Assembly: GCA_024638905.1 (NCBI GenBank)
Contig: JAHEJH010000002.1
Span: 1 to 45,431, forward strand
DNA: 45,431 nt
Direction: 5' to 3'
Origin: Luminiphilus sp.
Lineage (GTDB): Bacteria > Pseudomonadota > Gammaproteobacteria > Pseudomonadales > Halieaceae
Every line of letters begins with the position of its first letter. Position 1 is the stretch's first letter. A program made the position numbers and the translations under genes. Positions 1 to 8,380 of the stretch are shown piece by piece. Below the pieces are notes generated by a model. It did not search any database and was not told where the DNA came from. It saw only the letters and a list, made by a program, of their open reading frames with translations.

Positions 1-317
1 CCATCCAGCACGCTCTGCTCTTCCCAGGCAGTGCGCGCGCTGACTAGCGTACCCACGGGGTAATCGGCGTGATCGGATTCCACGACTTCACCCAGCACAA
101 TACTTTGCACCGGGTCACCGATTTGCATACCGGTCAGATAGTTGTCACCCGCGCCTTCTGCCATCCATTGCCGAAACCCCGCGTCGAGCGAGATCACTTT
201 GTTGCGGGTGCGGAAATAGCCCTTGGGCAGGTTGGCATCGGCCACCTCCACCACGGCAAAATCCTGCTCAGTCACCGCGCTCTCGGGGTGCCTTGCCAGC
301 ACAACTGCCCGACTCAT
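1..317 (-). CDS. NADP-dependent oxidoreductase (MDR ene-reductase, CurA/PGDH-like), N-terminal part; runs off the window edge
   Basis: Not in the ORF track. Manual translation from ATG at 317 gives MSRAVVLARHPESAVTEQDFAVVE...RNKVISLDAGFRQWM...IGDPVQSIVLGEVVES...TAWEEQSVLD, which aligns with the N-terminus of the 780..1790 product (ISLDPAIRGWM, GDPVRATVVGEVLES). Start overlaps the ferredoxin stop (ATGA). Confidence 0.85.
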   Translation of the reverse strand, partial: MSRAVVLARHPESAVTEQDFAVVEVADANLPKGYFRTRNKVISLDAGFRQWMAEGAGDNYLTGMQIGDPVQSIVLGEVVESDHADYPVGTLVSARTAWEEQSVLD

Positions 318-625
318 GCGACAGCAACCTCGATCATGCCGTCAACCACGCGCAGTTCGTAGGTAGGCAGAGGCTCTCGGGTCAACTGTCCCATCGGCAA
401 GCCATCGCGCAAATCAAACCTGACACCATGCAATGGACAAGAAATGAAGCACCCGCGAATGCGTCCACCTTCGAGTTCGGCCTCCTGATGCGTGCATCGG
501 TTCTCCACCGCGTAAAGCTCCCCTGCAGCGCGGCAAATCAGCACCTTGCTGCCACTAATGGTCACAGCGCGACTGTCGTTGTCAGACAGTTCTGCCTCAG
601 GAAACGCCGCCTGGAAATCCGTCAC
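314..625 (-). CDS. Rieske [2Fe-2S] ferredoxin (oxygenase electron-transfer component)
   Basis: About 103 aa with CTH...CPLH Rieske motif. GTG at 625 follows GGAGA; the ORF track start is 640. Confidence 0.9.
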   Translation of the reverse strand: MTDFQAAFPEAELSDNDSRAVTISGSKVLICRAAGELYAVENRCTHQEAELEGGRIRGCFISCPLHGVRFDLRDGLPMGQLTREPLPTYELRVVDGMIEVAVA

Positions 626-700
626 TACAAAGTCTCCCAATTTGGTGACGCGCGACTCATAACATCGCGCGAACGCAAGATGTTAGCACCGCACTTTCTG

Positions 701-726
701 AAAAAAACCATCCTGCTTGATTATTT
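701..726. promoter_or_regulatory. Putative TetR operator copy 1 (AAAAAAA-CCATC-CT-GCTTG-ATTATTT) overlapping a sigma70-like promoter
   Basis: Matches the palindrome in the other three divergent gaps. Rightward -35 TTGATT (717-722), 17 bp, -10 TAGGCT (740-745). Confidence 0.6.
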
Positions 727-779
727 TTCATGCCCCCGATAGGCTCGCGCACTCAGTCACTTTCGTCCGCGAGGTCAGC

Positions 780-1790
780 ATGAGCCACGGTAATAAACAA
801 CAATGGATTTTGGCAAAGCGCCCTGAGGGCATGCCGGACTCATCCGAGGTGGTTCTCCAGGATGCACCGATCCCTGAGACCGGACCGGGCATGCTACTAG
901 TGAAGAACCACTACATCTCTCTGGACCCAGCGATTCGGGGCTGGATGTCTGATATCCCTAATTATTTGCCGCCCATCCCGCTCGGTGATCCTGTGCGCGC
1001 CACAGTAGTCGGTGAAGTGCTGGAGAGTGGCAGCGACAACATCAAAGCCGGCGACTATGTCTTCGGCCTAGGCGGATGGGAAACCCACAGCACCATCCCC
1101 GTCGAGTTCTGCACCAAGGTACCCGACGACAATCCTTTCCCGCTTCACTATTACGTCAACATTCTCGGTGCCGTCGGGCTCACACCCTACTTCGCCATCG
1201 CGGATGTGGGACAGGCACAAGCCGGACAAACCATGCTCATGAGTGCGGCCGCAGGTGCCGTAGGCTCTGTCGGCGGACAGATTGCAAAACTCATGGGCTT
1301 GCGAGTCGTGGGCATCGCCGGCACTGAGGAGAAATGCCAGTGGGTCGTCGACGAGCTGGGCTTTGACGACTGCATCAACTACCGCACCGCGGGCGACATG
1401 GAAGCGGCGATCCGCACCGCCTGCCCCGAAGGCGTCGATTTCTACTTCGATAATGTGGGTGGTGAAATTCTTGATGCAGCGTTACTCAATATGAACAAGG
1501 ACTCCACACTGCTGTTCTGCGGCACCATCAGCACCTATAACGCTACAGAACCCGTACCCGGGCCCTATAACTACTGGCAGATTCTGGCGCGGACCATCAC
1601 GGTCAAAGGCTATTTAGTCAGCGACCACTACCACAGGATCGAGGAGGGACAGGCGGCCCTTAGCGAATGGGTCAAGGACGACAAGATCAAATTCCGCGAG
1701 CACATCAATGAGGGCATCGAGAACTGCCTCGATACCTACAATTTGCTCTTCACCGGCGGCAACGAAGGCAAGTTAATGCTGAAGCTGTAA
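780..1790 (+). CDS. NADP-dependent oxidoreductase (MDR ene-reductase, CurA/prostaglandin reductase family)
   Basis: ISLDP, SAAAGAVGSVGGQIAK and YFDNVGG motifs, C-terminal GKL. ATG at 780 after GAGG. Confidence 0.9.
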   Translation: MSHGNKQQWILAKRPEGMPDSSEVVLQDAPIPETGPGMLLVKNHYISLDPAIRGWMSDIPNYLPPIPLGDPVRATVVGEVLESGSDNIKAGDYVFGLGGWETHSTIPVEFCTKVPDDNPFPLHYYVNILGAVGLTPYFAIADVGQAQAGQTMLMSAAAGAVGSVGGQIAKLMGLRVVGIAGTEEKCQWVVDELGFDDCINYRTAGDMEAAIRTACPEGVDFYFDNVGGEILDAALLNMNKDSTLLFCGTISTYNATEPVPGPYNYWQILARTITVKGYLVSDHYHRIEEGQAALSEWVKDDKIKFREHINEGIENCLDTYNLLFTGGNEGKLMLKL

Positions 1791-1833
1791 GGCGGGCTTG
1801 CGCGATCGCTATCGTGCGACTCACTCCAGCAAC

Positions 1834-1862
1834 AAAAAAAGGGCCCTGTATGGGCCCTTTTC
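1834..1862. terminator. Bidirectional intrinsic terminator
   Basis: A7-GGGCCC-TGTAT-GGGCCC-TTTT between convergent genes. Confidence 0.85.
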
Positions 1863-1933
1863 TATTGTCAGTCTTTGTCACTCGCTATGCGGATGACTCT
1901 CGGTGGTGCAGAGCCTGGCGAGCCGCGCCGCTA

Positions 1934-3115
1934 TCAGAGCTCGGGTTGTGGGGCGCTGGTATTGCCGTCGCTGTACCACTTCACCCAGCGATGAAAATAT
2001 TGGTTGCCTCGCTCATTACGACCAAACAACACGCTCTTCATCAGTCCGGTCTCTAAGCCCTGCTGCAGTCTCAGGCCGACGTTGTAGTCCTCCTCCTGCA
2101 CCACGTTGCGCAACCAATCCGCCATCTCGATACGCGCGGCGGAGTCCTCCTCGTTTTCGGGCGGCGTTGGGTGCAGGAAATGCAGAATAGTCGTGTTTTC
2201 CATCGGTCCGGGGCCGGGGATCATCTGTGCTACCTGCGTGATTTCCGGTGCGATAAAGATCGACACGTTCGGGAAGAACAACCGGATAAAATCATAACCT
2301 TTGGTTTCATGCTGCCAGAGCTCGTTCCGATCGACTTCACCTAGCTCCAGCACGTTCTTTGCAGCAAAACCGACCAGCTGATGAGGGCCATGTGCGTCGT
2401 ACTCCATCACGTTAGTAAACGTTCGGGGCTCAATGGTCTCGGGGTGCGCAGCCTTGAAGTGATAGCCCTCGAGATAGCCGTCATAGGCAACCTTCCAATT
2501 GGGCCCATGGATAATGCGGTGACCGACATAGGTCCACTGGTCCATGCCCTTCTTCGCCACGTCGTCCATCATGGCGCCGAGGTAGGCGCGAATATCGACA
2601 TCACTGTCGGCATCTAGCACAGCGAAGATCAATCCACCCTCCTCGTGACAAGGGAACTGCACCAGATCACGGGCGCCCTCGCACACGTCGCCGAACTTCG
2701 GCGCATCGGCAATGGCGCGCAGTGCGCCATCCGATTTGAAGGTCCAGCCATGGTAAGGGCAACTGAATAACTTTTGATTGCCACAGGGCTCCGAGGTGAG
2801 TTGCATACCGCGATGGGTGCACACATTCATCAATACCTTTGCGGTGCCATCCTTCTGACGGGTAATCAATAGCGGGATACCCAAAATTTCCAGCGTGCGG
2901 AAATCGCCCGGGTTGGGAATTTCCTGAGTCACCCCCACCAGTATCGGGAGGCTTTTGAAGATGCAATCCATCTCGCGCTGCCACTGCTCGGCATCCGTGT
3001 ACTCCGTAGAGGGCACCTCCATGGTGCCTTCAGCCCAATCCGTCGTGCCATTGGCAACGTGATCGATCAGGCGACCTGCCATGCGGCTGTATTGAATTTT
3101 GGTGTCTACCGTCAT
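1934..3115 (-). CDS. Rieske non-heme iron oxygenase, alpha subunit
   Basis: CTHRG...CPYHGW Rieske motif; NWK...EGYH....H mononuclear iron motif; C-terminal EED and N.FH segments. Confidence 0.92.
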   Translation of the reverse strand: MTVDTKIQYSRMAGRLIDHVANGTTDWAEGTMEVPSTEYTDAEQWQREMDCIFKSLPILVGVTQEIPNPGDFRTLEILGIPLLITRQKDGTAKVLMNVCTHRGMQLTSEPCGNQKLFSCPYHGWTFKSDGALRAIADAPKFGDVCEGARDLVQFPCHEEGGLIFAVLDADSDVDIRAYLGAMMDDVAKKGMDQWTYVGHRIIHGPNWKVAYDGYLEGYHFKAAHPETIEPRTFTNVMEYDAHGPHQLVGFAAKNVLELGEVDRNELWQHETKGYDFIRLFFPNVSIFIAPEITQVAQMIPGPGPMENTTILHFLHPTPPENEEDSAARIEMADWLRNVVQEEDYNVGLRLQQGLETGLMKSVLFGRNERGNQYFHRWVKWYSDGNTSAPQPEL

Positions 3116-3136
3116 CTCTTTTCTCCTACGCCATCG

Positions 3137-3454
3137 CTACTCTGGCATCACCAGATCACCCACTGAACTGACCTCATAGCGACGCACTTCCATATCCAAT
3201 ATCTCAAGCGCCGCACACGCCTCCAAAAAGGCGGCCACGTGGGGCGTTTTCAAGTGTGCGTCCAAATCCGCCTGCGATGCCCACTGCTCTGACACCCAGA
3301 CAACACAGGGGTCGGCGACGTCCACGGCAATACCATACCACTGGCACCCCGCTTCCTCGCGGGTTGCCGCCACCACGGCCTTGGCCGCTTCTGCATAAGC
3401 CGGCGCACTCTCTGCACTAAGCTGAATCCGAACAATCACGCTGACTGTGCTCAT
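3137..3454 (-). CDS. Antibiotic-biosynthesis monooxygenase (ABM)/putative quinol monooxygenase family protein
   Basis: 105 aa with TREEAGC..Y and EQW.S..DL.AHL.TPHV pattern. ATG at 3454. Confidence 0.85.
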   Translation of the reverse strand: MSTVSVIVRIQLSAESAPAYAEAAKAVVAATREEAGCQWYGIAVDVADPCVVWVSEQWASQADLDAHLKTPHVAAFLEACAALEILDMEVRRYEVSSVGDLVMPE

Positions 3455-3544
3455 ATTGACCCCCAAAATAATTCGTCTGACTCGGTGCTCGAGCGCCGGT
3501 TTAACAACGATTTTGCACAGCCGCCAACCTAGGTTTCGGCAAAG

Positions 3545-3570
3545 AAAAAGTCAAGCGTGCTTGCTTTTTT
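3545..3570. promoter_or_regulatory. Putative TetR operator copy 2 (AAAAAGT-CAAGC-GT-GCTTG-CTTTTTT) over back-to-back -35 boxes
   Basis: Perfect core palindrome at 3552-3563. Rightward TTGCTT-17bp-TAATCT (3561-3589); leftward TTGACT-17bp-TAGGTT (3554-3526). Confidence 0.7.
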
Positions 3571-3753
3571 ACAGCGCCCTACCTAATCTTGAGCGGCATC
3601 GCAGAGCCACAATAATATTGTCATTGACACAGATCGAGCGGGGCGCCACCACTGCCTTGACTGGGGCCAAACCTCAATCACAAGGCCGAAAACAGCGCCG
3701 TCAGGCATGTCGTCCCGACGCTCACCCGCGAGTCAGGCTGAAGGAGAGCATCA

Positions 3754-4536
3754 GTGAGTAACAGGCTGCAGGACAAAGTTGCCCTCGTCACCGGTGGCAC
3801 CAACGGCATCGGCAAGGCCGCCGTTGAGGGCATGACCCGCGAAGGTGCGAAGGTCGTCTTTACCGGTAATAACATCGATGCCGGTAATCAAATCGCAAGC
3901 GAAACCGGCGCAACCTTCATCCAGCACGCGGTGCAGGACGTTGAAGGCTGGGAAGCGGTCAAGGCCGCCATCCGCGACCAACATGGACGGCTGGACGTCA
4001 CGTTTTCCAATGCGGGCACCAATACGGGTGATAGCGACATCGAGACGGTCGAAGTCGATGCCTGGAAGAGCCTTGTGGACATTAATCTGACCGGCATGAT
4101 GCTCGCGATCAAAGCGAGCATCGAACTGATGAAGGGCAACCCCGATGAAAGCGGCGGTTCCATTATTCTGAACAGTTCCATTAACGGCATGCTCGCGTTG
4201 GCGGGGGATGTCACCTACTCGACCACCAAAGGCGCGCTGCGGCTGTTGGCCAAATCGACGGCAGTGCATTTGGCGAAAACTAAAACCGGCATTCGCTGCA
4301 ACTCGATCCACCCCGGAGTCATTGAAACGCCTTTGATTCAAGGCGCTATCGATGGCGCGCCTGACCCCGCTGCCGCCAGAGGCATGCTGGAGGGCATTGC
4401 GCCGATGGGTCGCCTGGGCAGCATGGAAGAAATTGTGTCGCTGGTGATTTACCTCGCCTCTGAAGAAGCGCGGTTTGTGACGGGCTCAGAAATCGTTATC
4501 GATGGTGGCTCCACCGCCGGACTGCCGGGCGTCTAA
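3754..4536 (+). CDS. Classical short-chain dehydrogenase/reductase
   Basis: TGGTNGIG, SNAG, YSTTK and NSIHPG motifs; GTG start after AAGGAG. Confidence 0.92.
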   Translation: MSNRLQDKVALVTGGTNGIGKAAVEGMTREGAKVVFTGNNIDAGNQIASETGATFIQHAVQDVEGWEAVKAAIRDQHGRLDVTFSNAGTNTGDSDIETVEVDAWKSLVDINLTGMMLAIKASIELMKGNPDESGGSIILNSSINGMLALAGDVTYSTTKGALRLLAKSTAVHLAKTKTGIRCNSIHPGVIETPLIQGAIDGAPDPAAARGMLEGIAPMGRLGSMEEIVSLVIYLASEEARFVTGSEIVIDGGSTAGLPGV

Positions 4537-4551
4537 GACGCCCGGTCAGCA

Positions 4552-4959
4552 CTACTCGCCGTGCAACACCTTGAAGACGCGGCGACTGAACTTCCACTCA
4601 CCGTCGACCTTGACGCACTCATCGTCGTACTGACCCCGGGGCCGTAACTCGGTTCCGTCCTGCATCACTGCCACCTCATCGGTATAGCTGCGCATGGTGG
4701 CGCGCTCACCGTCGACGGAAATCACGCCGGGCATGGCCATCATGTTCACGAAAGGAAACATTTTCATGGCCTCAAGCCACGCGCCCACAATGGTTTCACG
4801 ACCCTGAAGACCCTCCATGTCGAGGTGCGGCAGTTCCCACACGGCATCCTCCGCCCAGGTGGACCCCCATACTTCCGCGTCTCGCTGATTCACGCCCTCA
4901 CAATATCGCTCCAGCAAGGCGCGAATGCCTTGTTGGTCCTCAAAATGCTGGTCACTCAT
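4552..4959 (-). CDS. NTF2/SnoaL-like protein (BaiE/LinA-like fold)
   Basis: 135 aa with W.EDAVW, I.VDG.RAT and GQY.D...KVDGEWKF patterns. Confidence 0.8.
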   Translation of the reverse strand: MSDQHFEDQQGIRALLERYCEGVNQRDAEVWGSTWAEDAVWELPHLDMEGLQGRETIVGAWLEAMKMFPFVNMMAMPGVISVDGERATMRSYTDEVAVMQDGTELRPRGQYDDECVKVDGEWKFSRRVFKVLHGE

Positions 4960-5008
4960 AGTCGGTACTCCCCTTATTGCGCGAGAAATTGAATCGTTGC
5001 GCGCTGTT

Positions 5009-5773
5009 CTATTGATTAATCAGGCCGCCATCGATCACCATCTGGGCGCCCGTCATGTAAGTAGACAAATCAGACACCAAAAACAGTGCCGCATCCGCAA
5101 TAGTGTGCGGCGGCCCCATGTATCCCATAGGCACTGCCGCATTCAGCTTCACATACTCCTCGGGGTTATCCACCGACGACTGCCGCTGCATGTTGGTATC
5201 GATCAGCCCGGGGTGGATCGTGTTGCAACGAATACCCTCAGCGGCTGTCTCGGCGGCTATGGTCTTGGTGAAGCCGATCACGCCCCCTTTCGCTGCCGCA
5301 TAAGCACTGCAAGCGGGCACGCCCACCAGTGCCGCAACCGATGACATATTAATGATGGATCCTTTGACACCAGTCTCGCGCATCAATGCGACCGCTTTCT
5401 GGGTGCCCAGAAAAACACTGGTCATGTTGACCAGCATTTGCCGGTTGTAATCGGCCAAACTGAGTTCGGGCAACGTCTTTAATATCGCGATACCGGCATT
5501 GTTGACGAGGGCGTCCAATCGCCCATGCTCGTCACGGATCTGGGCCATGGTACTGTCCCACACCGCCTCATCCGTCACATCCTGCTCCCAGGCTTGGGCT
5601 TGCCCTCCCGCCTCCTGAATTTCAGCCGCCGTGCGCGCTGCGCCCTCACCGTCTACATCGGTCACGATGACTGTCGCACCCTCGCTAGCCAGCTTGTGCG
5701 CAATCGCGTGGCCCAGTCCCGGATTGGACGCGCCGCCCGTCACCAGACAGATCTTGCCGTCTACCATTCCCAT
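5009..5773 (-). CDS. Classical SDR (hydroxysteroid/cycloalkanol dehydrogenase-like)
   Basis: TGGASNPGLG, NNAGI, SS and YAAAK catalytic motifs, NTIHPG. Confidence 0.9.
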   Translation of the reverse strand: MGMVDGKICLVTGGASNPGLGHAIAHKLASEGATVIVTDVDGEGAARTAAEIQEAGGQAQAWEQDVTDEAVWDSTMAQIRDEHGRLDALVNNAGIAILKTLPELSLADYNRQMLVNMTSVFLGTQKAVALMRETGVKGSIINMSSVAALVGVPACSAYAAAKGGVIGFTKTIAAETAAEGIRCNTIHPGLIDTNMQRQSSVDNPEEYVKLNAAVPMGYMGPPHTIADAALFLVSDLSTYMTGAQMVIDGGLINQ

Positions 5774-5841
5774 GTTTACCCCCTAGTTACCTAAACTCAC
5801 TGCCAACGCCGGCCCGAAGTAACCCGGCTCCCGCAGTTGAT

Positions 5842-6561
5842 TCAATGTTCACCTTCGCCCGTATCAGCGAGATAGATCCGCTCCAGATGGTCTGTCACCG
5901 TCTCGATGACCCTATTGGCACGCTGCTCCCGATTGGATGAGCGATGTGCCACACCCATACCCTGCATCACGAATTGCACCAGATCGTGCGCCGCCTGCAG
6001 TGATTTCACCTGTTTCCAATGGGGAAAGACCGATCGCACCGTCTTCAAGAACTCTCGCTCAAAATCGCGCTCCACCTCTCCGACTGCCTCAGCCAGCTCC
6101 GGATCCGTGCGCGCCGCGCCCAGCAGTTCCTGATACGCGATGAACGACGGAAGATTGACGTACTTCCAGGCATTCTCCACAGACACCCGGATCGCAGCGC
6201 GGGTCAGCGTTTGGTCGGGAGAATCAATATCCGTCATTAACGCACGGTACTCGTTCAACCGTCTGACGTGGAGATAGCCCACCACGGCATTCATGACCGC
6301 TGAGCGTGAAGGAAAGTGATGCATCATCGCGCCACGAGACACGCTCGCCTCATCGGCGATCATCGCTGTCGTCGTGTTGGCGTAGCCATGCTCGACAAAG
6401 CAGCGCACCGCCGCCTCAAGAATGGCCTGTCGTGTCAGCGCACTTTTCTCCGCCTGCCAACCATCGCCAACGCGCCCCGCAGCACTGCGGCGGGATTTGG
6501 CGCCGGCTCGCCGGCTAGTGGCCGTCTTGCCAGACGCGCCACCCGCTTTCCTTGCTGTCAT
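5842..6561 (-). CDS. TetR/AcrR family transcriptional regulator
   Basis: ILEAAVRCF...GY..TT...IA..A.VSRGAMMHHFPS helix-turn-helix. Probable ATG at 6561; ORF track start is 6642. Confidence 0.9.
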   Translation of the reverse strand: MTARKAGGASGKTATSRRAGAKSRRSAAGRVGDGWQAEKSALTRQAILEAAVRCFVEHGYANTTTAMIADEASVSRGAMMHHFPSRSAVMNAVVGYLHVRRLNEYRALMTDIDSPDQTLTRAAIRVSVENAWKYVNLPSFIAYQELLGAARTDPELAEAVGEVERDFEREFLKTVRSVFPHWKQVKSLQAAHDLVQFVMQGMGVAHRSSNREQRANRVIETVTDHLERIYLADTGEGEH

Positions 6562-6640
6562 GCTGATCCCCGTGAGATAGGCGTTGCTTGCAGGAGCGAC
6601 TGGGTCGCATTGGCCACTTTGCCTGTGCGGCGCTCGTGGC

Positions 6641-6663
6641 AAACAATCCGGCTTGCTTTTTTT
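6641..6663. promoter_or_regulatory. Putative TetR operator copy 3 (AAA-CAATC-CG-GCTTG-CTTTTTTT), upstream of the tetR gene itself
   Basis: Same motif. Rightward TTGCTT (6653-6658), 18 bp, TAGACT (6677-6682). Confidence 0.65.
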
Positions 6664-6760
6664 ATCGGCTGTATCCTAGACTGATTTTTATAAAGCGGCC
6701 AGCCCGAGCGGCTCTCAGCCCTCTCATAAGCTGGTTCGCACAGTACTTCGGGGTACAGCC

Positions 6761-7195
6761 ATGTCCAATACCAAACCACTCCATGAGGGGCTGTTTAGCT
6801 GGCCGGCAGATGCGCCCAGCCTGATCGGAAGCCGCTGCCTAGACTGCGGAGAGCACGCGTTTCCCAGCCAGTCTGCCTGCCGCGCCTGCTCAGGACAAAA
6901 CATGGCCCCCGCTGATCTTGGCAGCGAGGGCACGCTGTGGACTTGGACCATACAGTCGTTTATGCCAAAAACCCCTTACCATACTGATGAAACTCCCGAG
7001 ACCTTTACGCCCTATGGGGTGGGCTATATCGAGCTGGCTTGCGGCCTGAAGGTAGAGAGCCGCTTGCGTGAGAACACGCCGGAGCAACTCACTATTGGTA
7101 TGCCAATGAAAATGGAAATGATCACCGTGCGCAAAGATGAGGAGGGTACTGAGCTGTTGACCTTCCAGTTCTGCGCGGCAGAGGAGCGACACTGA
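6761..7195 (+). CDS. Zn-ribbon/OB-fold protein (DUF35, ChsH2 C-terminal-like)
   Basis: CLDC...CRAC zinc ribbon, GTLWTWT and PYGVGYIEL OB-fold. Stop overlaps thiolase start (TGATG). Confidence 0.88.
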   Translation: MSNTKPLHEGLFSWPADAPSLIGSRCLDCGEHAFPSQSACRACSGQNMAPADLGSEGTLWTWTIQSFMPKTPYHTDETPETFTPYGVGYIELACGLKVESRLRENTPEQLTIGMPMKMEMITVRKDEEGTELLTFQFCAAEERH

Positions 7196-8337
7196 TGGAT
7201 GTGGCAATTGTTGGACTGGGCATGCACCCCTTTGGAAGAACCCCCACCATGTCCGGCCTCGAGCAGGGTGCGGCCGCTGTCCGGGAGGCGCTCGCTGACG
7301 CGGGCACTGACTTTCAACGCATGGAATTTGCCTTTGGCGGCAGCCAAGACAGCGGCAACGCCGACTCCCTGGTCAATTTACTGGGCCTAACCGGACTACA
7401 GTTCACCAACGTGGCAAATGGATGTGCGACGGGCGGTAGCTCTTTAAACGCAGCCTACTCGGCAATCAAAAGTGGCCAGTACGACGTCGGCCTGGTGGTC
7501 GGCTTTGACAAACATGACCGCGGTGCTTTTAACCCTCAACCCGCCGACTGGGGCCTAGACGACTGGTACGGCGAGACGGGCCTGATGCTGACTACCCAGT
7601 ATTTCGGCATGAAGATTCAGCGCTACATGCACGACCACGGCATCTCAAGAGAGACGCTGCTCAGGGTTGCGGAGAAAGCGTTCCGCAACGGCTCTTTGAC
7701 CCCGACCGCATGGCGCCAGACAGCGCTGTCGTGGGAAGAGATCGACAATGCACCCATGGTCAGTGAGCCGCTCAACAAATATATGTTTTGCTCGCCGGCT
7801 GAGGGCGGGTGTGCACTCATCGTCTGCCGTGCTGATATCGCTCACGAGTTTCATCCGCGTCCGGTCTATTTGAAGACCGCGGTGGTACGGTCCAGAAACT
7901 ACGGCAGTTTTGAGGTCTTCAGTCCCGCTCAGCCGCCAGAGGTCGCGGCTTCACCCACGGTTACCGCTTCGCAGGCGGCGTTCGAGCTGGCAGGGGTAGG
8001 CCCGGAGGATATCGATGTCGCCCAGCTTCAGGACACCGAAGTGGGCGCGGAAATCATGCACATGGCGGAAAACGGCTTTTGCGATCATGGCGATCAGGAA
8101 CAGTGGCTGGCCGACGGAGTGACTGAAATCGGCGGACGATTGCCCGTCAATACCGATGGTGGCTGCCTCGCCAATGGCGAACCCGTTGGCGCGTCGGGAC
8201 TCCGACAGGTCCACGAAGTTTGCGTGCAACTGCGCGGTGATGGCGGTGCACGGCAGGTGCCCAACGAGCCCAAAGTCGGCTATACCCACGTATACGGTGC
8301 ACCGGGCATCAGTGGGGTGAATATTCTTGCGCGCTGA
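7195..8337 (+). CDS. Thiolase-superfamily protein, SCP2/lipid-transfer type, with atypical active site
   Basis: NVANGCATGG, EDIDVAQLQD, LPVNTDGGCLANGEPVGASG and QLRG motifs. Confidence 0.88.
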   Translation: MDVAIVGLGMHPFGRTPTMSGLEQGAAAVREALADAGTDFQRMEFAFGGSQDSGNADSLVNLLGLTGLQFTNVANGCATGGSSLNAAYSAIKSGQYDVGLVVGFDKHDRGAFNPQPADWGLDDWYGETGLMLTTQYFGMKIQRYMHDHGISRETLLRVAEKAFRNGSLTPTAWRQTALSWEEIDNAPMVSEPLNKYMFCSPAEGGCALIVCRADIAHEFHPRPVYLKTAVVRSRNYGSFEVFSPAQPPEVAASPTVTASQAAFELAGVGPEDIDVAQLQDTEVGAEIMHMAENGFCDHGDQEQWLADGVTEIGGRLPVNTDGGCLANGEPVGASGLRQVHEVCVQLRGDGGARQVPNEPKVGYTHVYGAPGISGVNILAR

Positions 8338-8380
8338 GCGCACGTTTCGTTAGATCAGACGAAGTTAACGAGGATTAACC

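Noticed and set aside
69-742. Plus-strand ORFs 69..362 and 293..742
   Set aside because: Antisense shadows of the ene-reductase fragment and ferredoxin; no motifs.
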